From Chitinophaga pinensis (GTDB lineage: Bacteria > Bacteroidota > Bacteroidia > 2-12-FULL-35-15), in assembly GCA_945885475.1 (NCBI GenBank), contig CAMCYR010000001.1:47956-111955 (forward strand): a DNA stretch of 64,000 nucleotides. Direction: 5' to 3'. This document shows, one piece after another, positions 29,361-40,169 of this stretch (positions within the stretch are counted from its first letter, which is position 1; every line of letters starts with the position of its first letter). The translations under genes and the position numbers were made by a program. The notes beneath the pieces were generated by a model that had not been told where the DNA came from, ran no database searches, and saw nothing but the letters and a program-made list of their open reading frames with translations.

Positions 29361-30275
29361 TTAATTTATTATTTCTTCTTTTTTCTTCTCTATGTCAAAT
29401 CGAACCCTATATGCCAAACCAACACTAACAACAGGAGAATTTTTTACAGGTGAATAAATTGGATTAGCATAATAGGCTTCTTTTTTATTATTTGTGCCAT
29501 ACTTGTGCTGCCAAGGACTTCTGCTGAGTGAATATCCTAACTCCGCAAAGAGAAGTACTTTGGGGGCAACAAAATAATCCAGAAATAATTTCACTTGCAT
29601 CTCATCATAACGCACATAATCATAATTATTCTTTTCAGACAAACGAAATGAACGGGTGAACGATTTAAAATTCAGTCCGGCATACACTTTATTTTTCATC
29701 AAATTAAATTCGAGTTTGTAATTCGTAGGAAGAATTCCATACAGATTAATCCTGTCATTAATCCGCCAATCAACACCTACCAAAGGCACAAAAAAATTAC
29801 CAAATGCTTCGCGGTTATAATAGACACCTAATTTTATTTTTAACTTTTCGCTTGAGACAAACTGTTCTAAAAATATTCCTCCGTACTGAAAATCATAATC
29901 ATCAATTACATCTTTAAAATCAGAGGCGATCTTTGGAATAACCAACATAACTGTTTCCCACTTCTTATTTTTTGAAACTAGTTTCATCCCTAAGGGCATA
30001 GAAACACTCGACAAACGGTTTGAATAAGCTGAATCGGGACTAATTGTTGAATTGATCAATTCAGAATTCAGCCTGATCAAGAGTGTATTACCGTTCTTAA
30101 AATTTTTAGGTAAGAATAAATTCAAAAAATAATTATCCGTCTTATTTTTCCAATTTGTATTATCCTGATAGTTGGCAGAAAATGTCTGATAATTAAAATT
30201 CAGTATATCAGCAAAGGGCTGAGCCGATAGCTTAATGCAGGTAACCAGGAAAAGAATAAGAAATTTCATTTTCAT
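29361..30275 (-). CDS. Outer-membrane beta-barrel protein (DUF6268-like)
   Basis: Signal peptide, KLGVYY..FG.FFVPLVGVDW, amphipathic strands. Confidence 0.6.
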   Translation of the reverse strand: MKMKFLILFLVTCIKLSAQPFADILNFNYQTFSANYQDNTNWKNKTDNYFLNLFLPKNFKNGNTLLIRLNSELINSTISPDSAYSNRLSSVSMPLGMKLVSKNKKWETVMLVIPKIASDFKDVIDDYDFQYGGIFLEQFVSSEKLKIKLGVYYNREAFGNFFVPLVGVDWRINDRINLYGILPTNYKLEFNLMKNKVYAGLNFKSFTRSFRLSEKNNYDYVRYDEMQVKLFLDYFVAPKVLLFAELGYSLSRSPWQHKYGTNNKKEAYYANPIYSPVKNSPVVSVGLAYRVRFDIEKKKEEIIN

Positions 30276-30279
30276 AGAA

Positions 30280-30287
30280 CAAATATA
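30280..30287 (-). promoter_or_regulatory. -7 promoter box TATATTTG, 4 nt before the ATG at 30275
   Basis: Minus strand TATATTTG TTCT ATG. Confidence 0.55.
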
Positions 30288-30423
30288 AACTTTATTCTAA
30301 AACGGAAAAGAGAAGATATCAGCACTATGGTAGGTATAATATAGAAGTGAAGACAAGGAAAAAAACAAGGAAAATTCCGTACTTCAAACATTTGAACGGG
30401 ATTATATTTTAAAAAAACGTGTA

Positions 30424-31350
30424 CTATTCTGTCTTTAATGCTTCGTTGCTATTTTTTATTTTGTGAAATTTAATAACAATCATTAATTCATGTGTTCCTG
30501 TGCTGTATTTTTTTATGTTAGTCATGGTAAAATCATACGAATATGCAAAGGTGACATTCTCCTGCAGCACGTATCCAACCATTGCAGAAACGGCATCAAG
30601 GTAGCGGAATGCTCCTCCTAGCCAAATTTTTTCTTGGTAAATTGCTCTCAAGCCGATATCAAATTGCAAAGGAGCAGGCTTCACATATTTAATGCAAGTG
30701 GAAGGTTCAATTTTAAAGTCATCATTTAAATTGAATTTATATCCAGCTGATGCATAAAAGTGGGTAGCCAATTTACTCAGCGAAGTAGTCGAATTATCAA
30801 AGAATTTAATTTTATTCTGTAATATTTGAGGAACGCTTGCGCCGACATACCATTTCTTATCGTTAGAATATACATACACTCCAGCTCCAAAATCGGGCAT
30901 CAATACAGATTGTATACCATTGCTAATAACTAGATCCGAAGGATCACGCAGGGTAATCTTAGAACCGTCCACAGTAAATTGCAACAATCCACCGGTGAGT
31001 CCCAACGATACTTTTACTTTTTCAGATACTTTTAAATGATATGCATAAGAAAGATAAATTCCTGTTCTGCGCGTAGGTCCTACAATATCTGTAAACAATA
31101 ATCCACCCAAGCCCATTTTAAGATTTTTGGTAGGGCCATTCACACTTAAGATATAAGTACGGGGAGCATCGGTAATACCGATCCATTGGTAACGGTTGTT
31201 TGATTTCGCTTCAAAATAAGGATTACTACCGCCAATAGCCGGATTCATTACATAATCATTTACCATATAATTACTATACTGAGGCAATTGCTGCGCATTT
31301 GCAACAAAACCTGCAAAAATAAAAATAAGTATGTAGCTATATTTTTTCAT
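30424..31350 (-). CDS. Type IX secretion PorP/SprF family membrane protein
   Basis: QQLPQYSNYM..MNPAIGG, RYQW.GI.DAPRT, FAYSYDF, GTHELM; TAATG-coupled to the adhesin gene. Confidence 0.93.
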   Translation of the reverse strand: MKKYSYILIFIFAGFVANAQQLPQYSNYMVNDYVMNPAIGGSNPYFEAKSNNRYQWIGITDAPRTYILSVNGPTKNLKMGLGGLLFTDIVGPTRRTGIYLSYAYHLKVSEKVKVSLGLTGGLLQFTVDGSKITLRDPSDLVISNGIQSVLMPDFGAGVYVYSNDKKWYVGASVPQILQNKIKFFDNSTTSLSKLATHFYASAGYKFNLNDDFKIEPSTCIKYVKPAPLQFDIGLRAIYQEKIWLGGAFRYLDAVSAMVGYVLQENVTFAYSYDFTMTNIKKYSTGTHELMIVIKFHKIKNSNEALKTE

Positions 31351-34300
31351 TAGCGCATGATCGTTATTGGTCCAGTATATGCATCAGGGAACAATGAATC
31401 TTTTAGGTCTATTATATAATAATACGTTCCAACAGGCAATGGTTTTCCTTTATATGATCCATCCCAATTTTCCTTGTATCCAACCGATTGAAATAATAAT
31501 TCCCCCCATCTGTTATACACCTCAACTTGGCAGTTAGGGAACAAGTCAATTCCATCAATGATCCATTCATCATTTGCACCATCCGCATTGGGAGATATAC
31601 CATCAGGAAAAACAATTCCGGGACGAACAGTCACAACAACTGAGTCGCTTGCAATACAACCCTCAGTGGAAGTAACAGTTACAGTGTAGGAAGTTGTTGC
31701 AGTGGGTGTAGCAACAGGATTTGATGCTGTAGGATTATTTAATGCTCCCGAGATTGGTGTCCAGCTGATAATACCACCAACGATATTCGTTGTAGGAGTA
31801 CCACCAAGTGTAGCGCTTGCTCCGGCAATAATGGTTACATCTGCTCCTGCATTTACAAGCGGTAAGGGATTAACGGTCAGATTAATCGTATCACTATCGG
31901 AACAACCTGTTCCATTATCTACAACTACATAAAAACTATTGGTGCCTGAAACAGGGTTAAACGTTAATGAAGCACTTGAACCAAGCAAGGTGTTTGTTAA
32001 ATCAAACCATTGGAATGTGATTCCATTGATGCTTGAAGAAGCATCCAATGTGATCAAACCTGATGCACAGAATGAAGTATCATTTCCGGCAAAAGCAAAT
32101 ACAGTTTGATTTGGTAAAAGTAATATCGTATCGGCAATTGTACATGAATTTATATCGGTAACGGTAATGGTATACGTTCCACTAAACACTGCCGCTAAAT
32201 CTTCACTTGTAGCTACAGATGCACCACTCCACTGATAGGAATAAGGTAAGGTTCCACCTCCAACAGTCACGTCAATTGAACCATCAGGTATAGTATTACA
32301 ACTTGGTGGAACAAAAGAACTGCTGATGGTCAATGCGGCAGGACTCGTTAATGTTATGCTTTGTGACGCAGAACAGCCATTTGCATCCGTTACCGTTACG
32401 ATATACGTATTTGCATCTAGTCCGGTAACATTAGAAGTAGTTTGTCCGAGCGCAGGAGCGGGCGTCCAACTGTATGAATATGATAAAGATCCACCAGAAG
32501 GTATAACCGTTATTGAACCGTTAGCATTTCCTACACACAAAGGATCAATGGCATTTGCAACACTAAATCCGATTGAATCAGGTTCATTCACGTTAGTTGA
32601 TGCGATAGAAACACAACCTGCAGCATCCGTCACTTGAACAAAATAAATTCCGGCACAAAGTGTTGAGGTAGTTACAGGTGTAGTTTGAAGTGCGATGTCA
32701 TTCCACAAATAAGCGAATGGTGACGCACCTGTTGCAACAACTGTAGCAGTCGCATTACAAGAACCATTACACGAAACAGAAGTTGAAGACGCTGAAAGTG
32801 TAGGACCACTCTGACTATTCAATGGTATAGTTACAGTATGTGTGCAACCGACTGCGTCTGTAATATCAACAGAATAAACACCGGCACATAAATTAATCAA
32901 TGTTAAAGAGGTTGATCCTGTATTCCATAAAACTGAATATGGGGCAGTTCCGCCACTAGGTGTAATGCTTATCGAACCATCGCATACACCGCAGGTGGCA
33001 GCAGCAATTACTTGATTGGCTGAAAGTGCAGAAGGTTCAGTAATTGTAACAGAATCCATTAAAGAACAACCATTTGCATCAGTAATCTGAACATAATATA
33101 CACCGGCACATAAATTTGTAAGCGTAGAAGTGGTGTTTCCTGAAGCGATCCATAAGAAAGTATAAGGAGCCGTTCCGCCAACCGGTGTAACAGCTGTTAC
33201 CGCACCATTGCATGATCCATTACAAGAGATTGATGTAGATACTATCGTTGCACTTGTTGGTCCGCTTGTATTGCTCACAGGGATAGAAACATTGGTTACA
33301 CAGCCATTGGCATCTGTAATATCAACGGTGTATAAACCGGAACACAGCGCTGCAGCAGACGCAGTAATCTGACCATTACTCCATAAGTAGGTATATCCGG
33401 CAGTTCCACCAGATGGAGTAAGCAAGGCACTTCCATCACACAAACCACATGAGGCACCCGTTATGGTTGCATTTGCCGCAATAGCGGCTGTAGCAGTAAT
33501 AGTAGTATTTAATGTAAGCGAACATCCTAAAGCATCCGTAATATCTACAGAATAGTTTCCTGAACATAATGCAAAGGCAGTATCGTTAGTTTGTCCTGAT
33601 GCATCGTTCCACTGAATGGTATATGGAGGAGTTCCCGACGAAATGGTCACATAGGCCAAGCCGTTGCAGGAAGACGAACAAGAAATAGTAGCCGCTGCAA
33701 TTACAGCCGTGAGCGGAGTAGATTGACCAACAGTAAAGGAATCAACCTGCGAACATAAATTCGCATCTGAAATGCTTAAGGTGTATGTTCCTGCACACAA
33801 AGCAGAAACACTCGACGTGCCCTGTCCGGCAATTACTCCGGGAGTCCAGAAGTAGGTATATCCGCCATTTCCACCAGATGGAGCGACTGTGATCGCACCT
33901 GTACAGATATTGCTGCAAAGAGCGCTTGTAATCACTTCATTTGAAAGAATCGGTGATGGTTCACTAATTGTAACCGGACTAAAATGAATACATCCGCTTG
34001 CATCAGTTACCTGTACAAAATAATTACCTGCACACAAATTAAATGCTGTATCAATTGATGTTGCCGGTCCGTCATTCCATAAAAAAGTATAAGGAGCAGT
34101 TCCTCCAATAGGAGTTACAGAACCCGCTCCATCACAGAAGCCGTTACAAGTTGCAGTTGTTGTATTTACCGTTTCTCCGGTTGGTCCGCTGGAGTTATTC
34201 ATCGGAATAGTAAAAATAGAATCACATCCGTTAGCATCCGTTACCAATAAATTATACAATCCTGCACACACATTTGAAACATTGGGTGTTCCATTTCCTG

Positions 34301-37300
34301 CAAAAGGAAGCGGAGGTGCAACACCGCCAATTGTCCAAACATAGGTATAAGGACCGGTTCCAGTGATCGGAGTAACAGTAATAGTTCCATCGCAAGCACC
34401 GCAATTCGCAGGAGCGCTTCCAACAACAACATCAATAGGCAATGTATTTAATAAAGTGACAGAAACAGTATCCTTACAACCATTTACATCAGAAACAGTA
34501 ACCGTATAAATATTCGGACACAAACTGTTTACAGTTTGAGTAGTAATTGCTCCAGGAGACCAAGAATATGAAAACGCACCCGTTCCACCAACAGGATTTG
34601 CTGTTACACTTCCATCACAATCATCGGCACAAGTTGGAGAAGTAAAACTTGGATTTGCATTTAATACAGCAGGATCTGTTAAAGTAATATTTTGAGTTGC
34701 AGCACAATTTCCATCGTCAACAGTTAGGATATAAATACCTGCACATAATCCCGTTGCTGTTTGTGTAAATTGAGCAGGAACCGTATTCCAGCTATAGGTA
34801 TAAACTCCTGAACCTCCCGTTGGATTGGCCGTAGCAGTTCCATCACAGGAATTATTACATAAAGGATTTACACCAACGGCATTGGGCAATATTGATGCAG
34901 GTTCGGAAACGATAACGGCAGGAGGACTAGAAACACAACCATTAAAATCGGTAACAGTAGCATTGTAACTTCCTGCACACAAACCGCTTGCCGTATCATT
35001 TGCTATGACACCGGGTGCCCATAAATAAGTATAAGGAATAGTTCCTCCGCTAGCAGTAACAACAACTTCTCCGTCGCATACACCAAAACAAGAAGCATTA
35101 GTTTGAGATGTAACAGTTGTTAAAGCAAGAGGCTCGGTAATAACAATTGTATCTGCTACTGTACATGAATTCCCATCGGTTACATTTACGGTATAGGTTC
35201 CCGGGCATAAACCAACAACATTTGGTAAAACAAATGCACCTCCGTGAGACCATACATACGTGTATGTTCCTGCACCTGCTCCACCAACAACTGTGGCGAT
35301 AGCGGTTCCATCACATGCGCTGTTGCAGAGTACATTTGTGGAAGTTAAAGTCACGATCAAAGTAGGAGGTGAAGTTATGGTAATAGCTAAAGAAGAATCG
35401 CAACCATTTGCATCAGTTACAGTAAAAGTGTATACCCCCGCACAAAGTCCAGTTATTGACGAAGTAATTGCTCCATTACTCCAAAGGAATGTGTAGGCTG
35501 CAGTTCCTCCTGAAGGAGTCAAGGAAATGCTACCATCGCAAGATCCGCCACAGCTTTCATTTACTACAATGGGATTAGGAGAAATAAGAGAGGGATTAAT
35601 TATTTGTGCGGTGTCCAAGGTGATACAACCAGCAGCATCAGTAACTTGAACAGTGTATGTAATTCCTCCACACAATGCTGTGATGGCGGGAGTACCATCG
35701 CCTGTTGGTGCTCCAGGAGTCCAATCATAAACATATCCACTAGCACCGCCAGTTGCTGTGGCAGTGACTGTAGCATCACAAATATTATTACAAGACACAT
35801 TTGTTTGAACTAACGAAACGGATGGCCCCGCGATGTTATTCAATAAATAATTAAAATTAAATACACACCCCGATGCATCCGTAATTGCTAAAGTGTAAGC
35901 ACCAGGAAAAAGATTTGTTATAGTTGCTGTTCCATCTCCGATTGGAGCACCGGGTCCCCAATTAAAGGTGTATCCGGGTGCACCACCAGTTGGGAAGACA
36001 GAAATTGAACCATCAGCTAATGTACAATTAGCATCTATTATCGTTTCAACATCATCCACAGGTGCTGGTTCAGTGATGATTACCGTTGCACTAGCTGTAC
36101 ACGCATTTCCATCAGTTACAGTTATTGTATATGTCCCTGCACATAATGCGGAAGCGGCTGCGGCTGTTTGTCCGCCCGGCAGCCATAAGAAAGAATAAGC
36201 ACCTGTTCCACCAGCAGGAGTTGCCGTAGCAGTACCAGTACAAACACCTGCACAAGCTAAATTTGTACTAACAGCAGACACAACAAGTTGCGGTGGATTC
36301 GTAAATGTAACGGTATCAGTATTAAAGCAACCAGCTGCATCTAGCACATTAACTGTATAGGTCCCTGCACACAAACCTGTAACAGTTTGCGACAGTGAAA
36401 CAATCCCGGAAGGACCTGTCCACTCGAAAGAATAAGGAATTGTTCCGCCTGCAGCATTTGCAGTTGCAATACCGTCACACGCACCAAAACAACTAAGCGT
36501 TGTATTAGAAGTAGTGATACTGATTAAAATTGTTTGAAGAATAGTAATGGTGTTTGAAGCCACACAGCCATTCGCATCCGTAACAGTTACGGTATACGTT
36601 ACATTTGGACAAAGCCCTGTAGCGGTTGCGGTTGTTTGTCCCGTAGGCATCCATAAAAAAGAATAACCAGGAGTACCACCAGCAGGAGTTACCGTTGCTG
36701 TTCCGTTGCAAACATTACAACTTGAGGTAGAACCGGTAATCGGTGCGCTTAATACCAATGGCTGCGTAACTGTAACAGGCATTGTTGAAGAACATAAATT
36801 TACGTCAAGTACCGTAACGTTATAAGTCCCTGCACACAAACCACTAATTGTTGAAGTAAAATCTCCGATTGGGGTTCCTGGAGACCAATCAAATGAATAA
36901 GGTCCCGTTCCACCGGTAGGAGTGGATATTGCTGAACCATCGCAAGGTATAACACCGGCACAACTAATATTGCTGACAACAGAAGGATTTGCAAATAATT
37001 GGATAGGTTCATTAATTATTACTGTGTCTGATATGGAACAACCATTCAAATCTGTTGCTGTTACCGTGTAAGTCCCATCACATTGCAATGTAATCGAAGA
37101 TGTTATTTGTCCTCCGGGAGACCAAGAAAACACGTAACCTGGAGTTCCACCACCCGCAATTGTCGCGGCTGTTCCATTACAGATTCCAAAACAACTGGCG
37201 TCAGAAATAGAAGTCGTTAATGTTAAAATGGTTGGCTGTAGAATTGTATTCGTCGCTGTTGCGGGGCAACCATTATTATCTGTAATAGTTACGTCATAGG

Positions 37301-39917
37301 TTCCGGCACATAGTGAACTGATTGTTGTTGTTCCATCACCAATAGGCGAACCAGGAAGCCAATTGATTGAAAACGGACCTGCCCCCCCCACTATTGTCGC
37401 AACGGCAAGGGCATCGCAATCACCGTTACAAGCCAAGGCTGTGGCAGCAATACTAACACTTAAAATATTCGGCTGGGTAATAATTACTGTTGCAGAATTT
37501 GTACAAAGATTTGCATCAGTAACGGTAACAGTATATGAACCCGGACACAAACCTGAAATAGAAGATGAAACAGCACCTGTACTCCAAAGAAAAGTATAGC
37601 CGGCTGTTCCTCCAGAGGGAGCCGAAGTGGCGGTTCCATCGCATACTCCATTGCACGTTACATTTGTAAATGTTGCTCCTGCGCTCAAAACCGGCGGTTG
37701 TGTTATTGTTACACTCTGAGAATTTGTACATCCATTGAAATCTGTGACGGTAACCGTATATGTGTTCGGACATAAATTGATAATTGAAGAAGTTCCGTCA
37801 CCGGAAGGAGATCCTGGAGTCCAATCGTATGCATAAGGACTTGTGCCACCAGATGGTGTCGAAGTAGCAGTTCCATCGCAAGCACCAAAGCATAATACAT
37901 TTGTGCTGGTCGGATTTGCAAGCAGTATTGCCGGTTCAGTAATTACCACAACACCGGTATCATTACAACCATTTATATCTACAACTGTTACCGTGTAGGT
38001 ATTTGGACATAGTCCTGTGATATTGGCAGTACCGTCTCCAATAGGATTTCCTGGAGTCCAGTTAAATGTGTTTCCGCCATTTCCGCCAACAACAACGACG
38101 GTGGCTGTTCCGTTACAAATGCCAAAACAAGTACTATTTATTCCGGAGGCTGTTGCAATTAAAATAGGAGGCTCATTTATGACAACAGAATCTATTTTCG
38201 AGCAACCATTCGCATCCGTAATAATGACACTATAAGTACCAGCACATAAACTAGAAATAGTATTTGTAGTAGTAGCGGTTGCAGTGACAGCACCATTTGA
38301 CCAAGTATATATATAAGGCGTTGTTCCTCCGGAAACAGTGGCTGTTGCTGCACCATCACACGTTCCACCGCAGGTTGCATTAACATGAGACAAGGCAAGA
38401 GTTAAAACAGGCGGCTGCGTTATAGTAGTATCAAACGTAGCGCTACAACCATTAAAATCGATAACAGTGCAGGTATAACTTCCGATACATAAGGCAGAAA
38501 TAGCAGGAGAAAAATCACCAACAGGACTTCCTGGGGTCCAATCATAAGTATAAGGACTTGTACCACCAGAAGCAACAACGGTTGCGGTACCATCACAAAT
38601 AGCATTACAACTTACCATAGAAGCAGTTCCGGGAGCTAACAATACAGCGGGCTGACCAACAACAACAACTGCTGAAGCATCCGAACACCCTCTAGAATCA
38701 GTAACGGTTGCGGTATAGGTTCCTGCACAAACATTTAATGCGGTATCATTTGTTCCTAAACCACCAGACCACACATAGGTATAAGGAGGCGTTCCTCCGG
38801 TTTCGTCTACATCGATAAATCCATTACATAATCCATTACAAGTAGGTTCAGTATGCGAAACTTCATAATCATTTAATACAGGAGGCTCCCCAACAGATAT
38901 GGAGCAAAAACGAATAAGACCAGAGACGACATCAGTAACTTTTACAGTATTCGTGCTTGCCCCAAGCGAAGAGATACAAGTTGTACCATCACCTAAAGGC
39001 GTTGCAGCAAAATTCCAATCATACAAAAATGTACCGGAACCACCTGTAACTACCGCACAAACTGAACCATCATTTAAACCATTACAGGTTACGCTATCTG
39101 CAGTTAAAGTAATCGTAAATATACCCGCAAATACACAAGTAACCGAATTCGATCCTAATGCTAAAACGGTGGATACGTTGGCATAACGCAAATTCCCATC
39201 TTTAAAATTATCATGCGTGATTGAATCAGAAAAGATGATTGTAGAGGTTCCGGGATCTAATGTAAAATTAGTTGAGACACTACAATCCCAACTATTTTTA
39301 ACTGTTATTTCCGAATTGGATAAAGTCAAACTTCTAAAAAGCACCGAATTGCCCATAAAATAGCCGCAATTCACTTTTTTTCCATTCGTAATTAATTCTC
39401 CCTGTAATAAATTCAAGGATATCTGATTCCCTGTCAACAAATCGTCCTGCAAAACCCATGAGCCATTTCCACTAAACACCCAATCACCAACGATCATTCT
39501 ACCTGCAGTAGAAATATTATTATTAAAAGCAGAAGAAGAGAAGATTGTTTTACCTTTAAATCCGGATATTAAGAGCGGCGACAGCTTATAGGAACCATAA
39601 ACAGTTAAAGACTTAGTTGACCCACATGAAAAAATTGCTTTTTGATCGATTGAAGCGAAGTCAATTGAATTACAAGCAGCATCGGCAGTAACCATTACCG
39701 TCTGCTTATCAGCATAGAATGAGTTTTCGTCAAAAAAAACATTGTCACTCATAGAAGGAATGATCGTTCCAGAAACTCCCCCACTCACATAAGACCAATG
39801 TATAGCTTGATTCCATGCACCAGTCCCACCAACCCAATATAGATTAGTACTCAAAGCCGAAAACACTTTAAATAAAAGGACCGAAAGAAGAAGTAAACGA
39901 TTTCTCAAATTATTCAT
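31350..39917 (-). CDS. Giant SprB-repeat adhesin with T9SS type B (CHU_C, gliding-motility) C-terminal domain
   Basis: N-terminal YWVGGTG.W domain; 30 counted Cys-rich repeats (xCxGxCDG..GG..PY.Y.W..LC.G.Y.VTVTD.NGC); two AGxD Ig-like units; PDGISPNADGANDEW..YNRWG..WDG..GTYYY. Confidence 0.92.
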   Translation of the reverse strand: MNNLRNRLLLLSVLLFKVFSALSTNLYWVGGTGAWNQAIHWSYVSGGVSGTIIPSMSDNVFFDENSFYADKQTVMVTADAACNSIDFASIDQKAIFSCGSTKSLTVYGSYKLSPLLISGFKGKTIFSSSAFNNNISTAGRMIVGDWVFSGNGSWVLQDDLLTGNQISLNLLQGELITNGKKVNCGYFMGNSVLFRSLTLSNSEITVKNSWDCSVSTNFTLDPGTSTIIFSDSITHDNFKDGNLRYANVSTVLALGSNSVTCVFAGIFTITLTADSVTCNGLNDGSVCAVVTGGSGTFLYDWNFAATPLGDGTTCISSLGASTNTVKVTDVVSGLIRFCSISVGEPPVLNDYEVSHTEPTCNGLCNGFIDVDETGGTPPYTYVWSGGLGTNDTALNVCAGTYTATVTDSRGCSDASAVVVVGQPAVLLAPGTASMVSCNAICDGTATVVASGGTSPYTYDWTPGSPVGDFSPAISALCIGSYTCTVIDFNGCSATFDTTITQPPVLTLALSHVNATCGGTCDGAATATVSGGTTPYIYTWSNGAVTATATTTNTISSLCAGTYSVIITDANGCSKIDSVVINEPPILIATASGINSTCFGICNGTATVVVVGGNGGNTFNWTPGNPIGDGTANITGLCPNTYTVTVVDINGCNDTGVVVITEPAILLANPTSTNVLCFGACDGTATSTPSGGTSPYAYDWTPGSPSGDGTSSIINLCPNTYTVTVTDFNGCTNSQSVTITQPPVLSAGATFTNVTCNGVCDGTATSAPSGGTAGYTFLWSTGAVSSSISGLCPGSYTVTVTDANLCTNSATVIITQPNILSVSIAATALACNGDCDALAVATIVGGAGPFSINWLPGSPIGDGTTTISSLCAGTYDVTITDNNGCPATATNTILQPTILTLTTSISDASCFGICNGTAATIAGGGTPGYVFSWSPGGQITSSITLQCDGTYTVTATDLNGCSISDTVIINEPIQLFANPSVVSNISCAGVIPCDGSAISTPTGGTGPYSFDWSPGTPIGDFTSTISGLCAGTYNVTVLDVNLCSSTMPVTVTQPLVLSAPITGSTSSCNVCNGTATVTPAGGTPGYSFLWMPTGQTTATATGLCPNVTYTVTVTDANGCVASNTITILQTILISITTSNTTLSCFGACDGIATANAAGGTIPYSFEWTGPSGIVSLSQTVTGLCAGTYTVNVLDAAGCFNTDTVTFTNPPQLVVSAVSTNLACAGVCTGTATATPAGGTGAYSFLWLPGGQTAAAASALCAGTYTITVTDGNACTASATVIITEPAPVDDVETIIDANCTLADGSISVFPTGGAPGYTFNWGPGAPIGDGTATITNLFPGAYTLAITDASGCVFNFNYLLNNIAGPSVSLVQTNVSCNNICDATVTATATGGASGYVYDWTPGAPTGDGTPAITALCGGITYTVQVTDAAGCITLDTAQIINPSLISPNPIVVNESCGGSCDGSISLTPSGGTAAYTFLWSNGAITSSITGLCAGVYTFTVTDANGCDSSLAITITSPPTLIVTLTSTNVLCNSACDGTAIATVVGGAGAGTYTYVWSHGGAFVLPNVVGLCPGTYTVNVTDGNSCTVADTIVITEPLALTTVTSQTNASCFGVCDGEVVVTASGGTIPYTYLWAPGVIANDTASGLCAGSYNATVTDFNGCVSSPPAVIVSEPASILPNAVGVNPLCNNSCDGTATANPTGGSGVYTYSWNTVPAQFTQTATGLCAGIYILTVDDGNCAATQNITLTDPAVLNANPSFTSPTCADDCDGSVTANPVGGTGAFSYSWSPGAITTQTVNSLCPNIYTVTVSDVNGCKDTVSVTLLNTLPIDVVVGSAPANCGACDGTITVTPITGTGPYTYVWTIGGVAPPLPFAGNGTPNVSNVCAGLYNLLVTDANGCDSIFTIPMNNSSGPTGETVNTTTATCNGFCDGAGSVTPIGGTAPYTFLWNDGPATSIDTAFNLCAGNYFVQVTDASGCIHFSPVTISEPSPILSNEVITSALCSNICTGAITVAPSGGNGGYTYFWTPGVIAGQGTSSVSALCAGTYTLSISDANLCSQVDSFTVGQSTPLTAVIAAATISCSSSCNGLAYVTISSGTPPYTIQWNDASGQTNDTAFALCSGNYSVDITDALGCSLTLNTTITATAAIAANATITGASCGLCDGSALLTPSGGTAGYTYLWSNGQITASAAALCSGLYTVDITDANGCVTNVSIPVSNTSGPTSATIVSTSISCNGSCNGAVTAVTPVGGTAPYTFLWIASGNTTSTLTNLCAGVYYVQITDANGCSLMDSVTITEPSALSANQVIAAATCGVCDGSISITPSGGTAPYSVLWNTGSTSLTLINLCAGVYSVDITDAVGCTHTVTIPLNSQSGPTLSASSTSVSCNGSCNATATVVATGASPFAYLWNDIALQTTPVTTSTLCAGIYFVQVTDAAGCVSIASTNVNEPDSIGFSVANAIDPLCVGNANGSITVIPSGGSLSYSYSWTPAPALGQTTSNVTGLDANTYIVTVTDANGCSASQSITLTSPAALTISSSFVPPSCNTIPDGSIDVTVGGGTLPYSYQWSGASVATSEDLAAVFSGTYTITVTDINSCTIADTILLLPNQTVFAFAGNDTSFCASGLITLDASSSINGITFQWFDLTNTLLGSSASLTFNPVSGTNSFYVVVDNGTGCSDSDTINLTVNPLPLVNAGADVTIIAGASATLGGTPTTNIVGGIISWTPISGALNNPTASNPVATPTATTSYTVTVTSTEGCIASDSVVVTVRPGIVFPDGISPNADGANDEWIIDGIDLFPNCQVEVYNRWGELLFQSVGYKENWDGSYKGKPLPVGTYYYIIDLKDSLFPDAYTGPITIMR

Positions 39918-40169
39918 AATCGAATTGTATACAAATATGGCACAAATAATTTAAAAAAAGAAATGTAAAAAAAACTCTTATAAACAAGCATTTGTTAATT
40001 TTGTTACTATTTAGAAGATGGAACATTAAGCTAATAAGTTGCATAAAAAATTTAACATTTTGGAAACATAGGCATCCTAATTAAAAAATAAAACAAAACA
40101 CGGTTCAATCGCAGTAACTTTATTAATTACTCAAACGTCACAACAATAAACAACAAAAATCTATCATTT

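Noticed and set aside
31350-39917. Higher GC of the adhesin gene as evidence of horizontal transfer; DGR-like or identical DNA repeats inside it
   Set aside because: The GC rise is explained by Gly/Ala/Thr/Cys/Pro-rich composition with A/T third positions. The repeats are diverged at the DNA level, with no adenine-specific template/variable pair and no reverse transcriptase.
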